64,000 nucleotides of DNA from Felis catus (lineage: Eukaryota), in assembly GCF_018350175.1 (NCBI RefSeq), contig NC_058368.1:48734001-48798000 (forward strand). The letters are read 5' to 3'. This document shows positions 63,741 through 64,000 of the stretch, in pieces (position 1 is the stretch's first letter; every line of letters begins with the position of its first letter). The notes under the pieces are model-generated. The model was not told the DNA's origin and did no database searches. It was given only the letters and a program-made list of their open reading frames with translations. The translations under genes and the position numbers were made by a program.

Positions 63741-64000
63741 TGAAAGTGCATTGTTGAAGGATATTGTAGATCCACATAACACAATATTTGTTTAGAATTA
63801 AAAATAACTGTGTGCTTCCTGCATCTCTTTTATTAAGCTAGTTTAATTTAAAGTGTGTACACATGAAGGGACAGTGTGCTCAATAAAAGTCTGGGGAAGG
63901 TGAGGGTTTACCTTCAATAGTTAATTAATTTGGTGAACATTTATTTGGTTTCTTTGCTAGTCCAGGCCCCGAGCAAAAATTTAAAATAGTTAAGGGAGTA

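Noticed and set aside
1..64000. A previously undescribed multi-gene biological system
   Set aside because: No coding exons, intact transposase/RT ORFs, RNA genes or compositionally foreign inserts were detectable; promoter plus repeat-rich intergenic DNA explains the content.

Overview
Mammalian genomic DNA, almost certainly from a felid: it carries about 22 tRNA-derived Can-SINEs, including young SINEC_Fc-type copies. No protein-coding exon is supported. The first ~3 kb is a CpG-island promoter with a non-coding first exon on the minus strand (donor at 505-504). From memory of the mammalian 5'UTR, not a database search, this exon resembles KLF12 exon 1, so the gene body would run off the left edge. 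The remaining ~61 kb looks like upstream gene desert filled with SINEs, MIRs, L1/L2 fragments, MaLR/ERVL LTRs, DNA-transposon fossils and microsatellites. Repeat families were assigned by eye, so subfamily names and the edges of old elements are approximate. All long ORFs are explained by GC-richness, SINEs or a 90-bp tandem repeat. I found no evidence for a novel multi-gene biological system. The best leads are promoter architecture (alternative and divergent splice donors, motif clusters), two CpG-retaining distal patches, nested and inverted SINEs, a very recent 90-bp triplication, and a 52-bp segment duplicated into an LTR 2 kb away.
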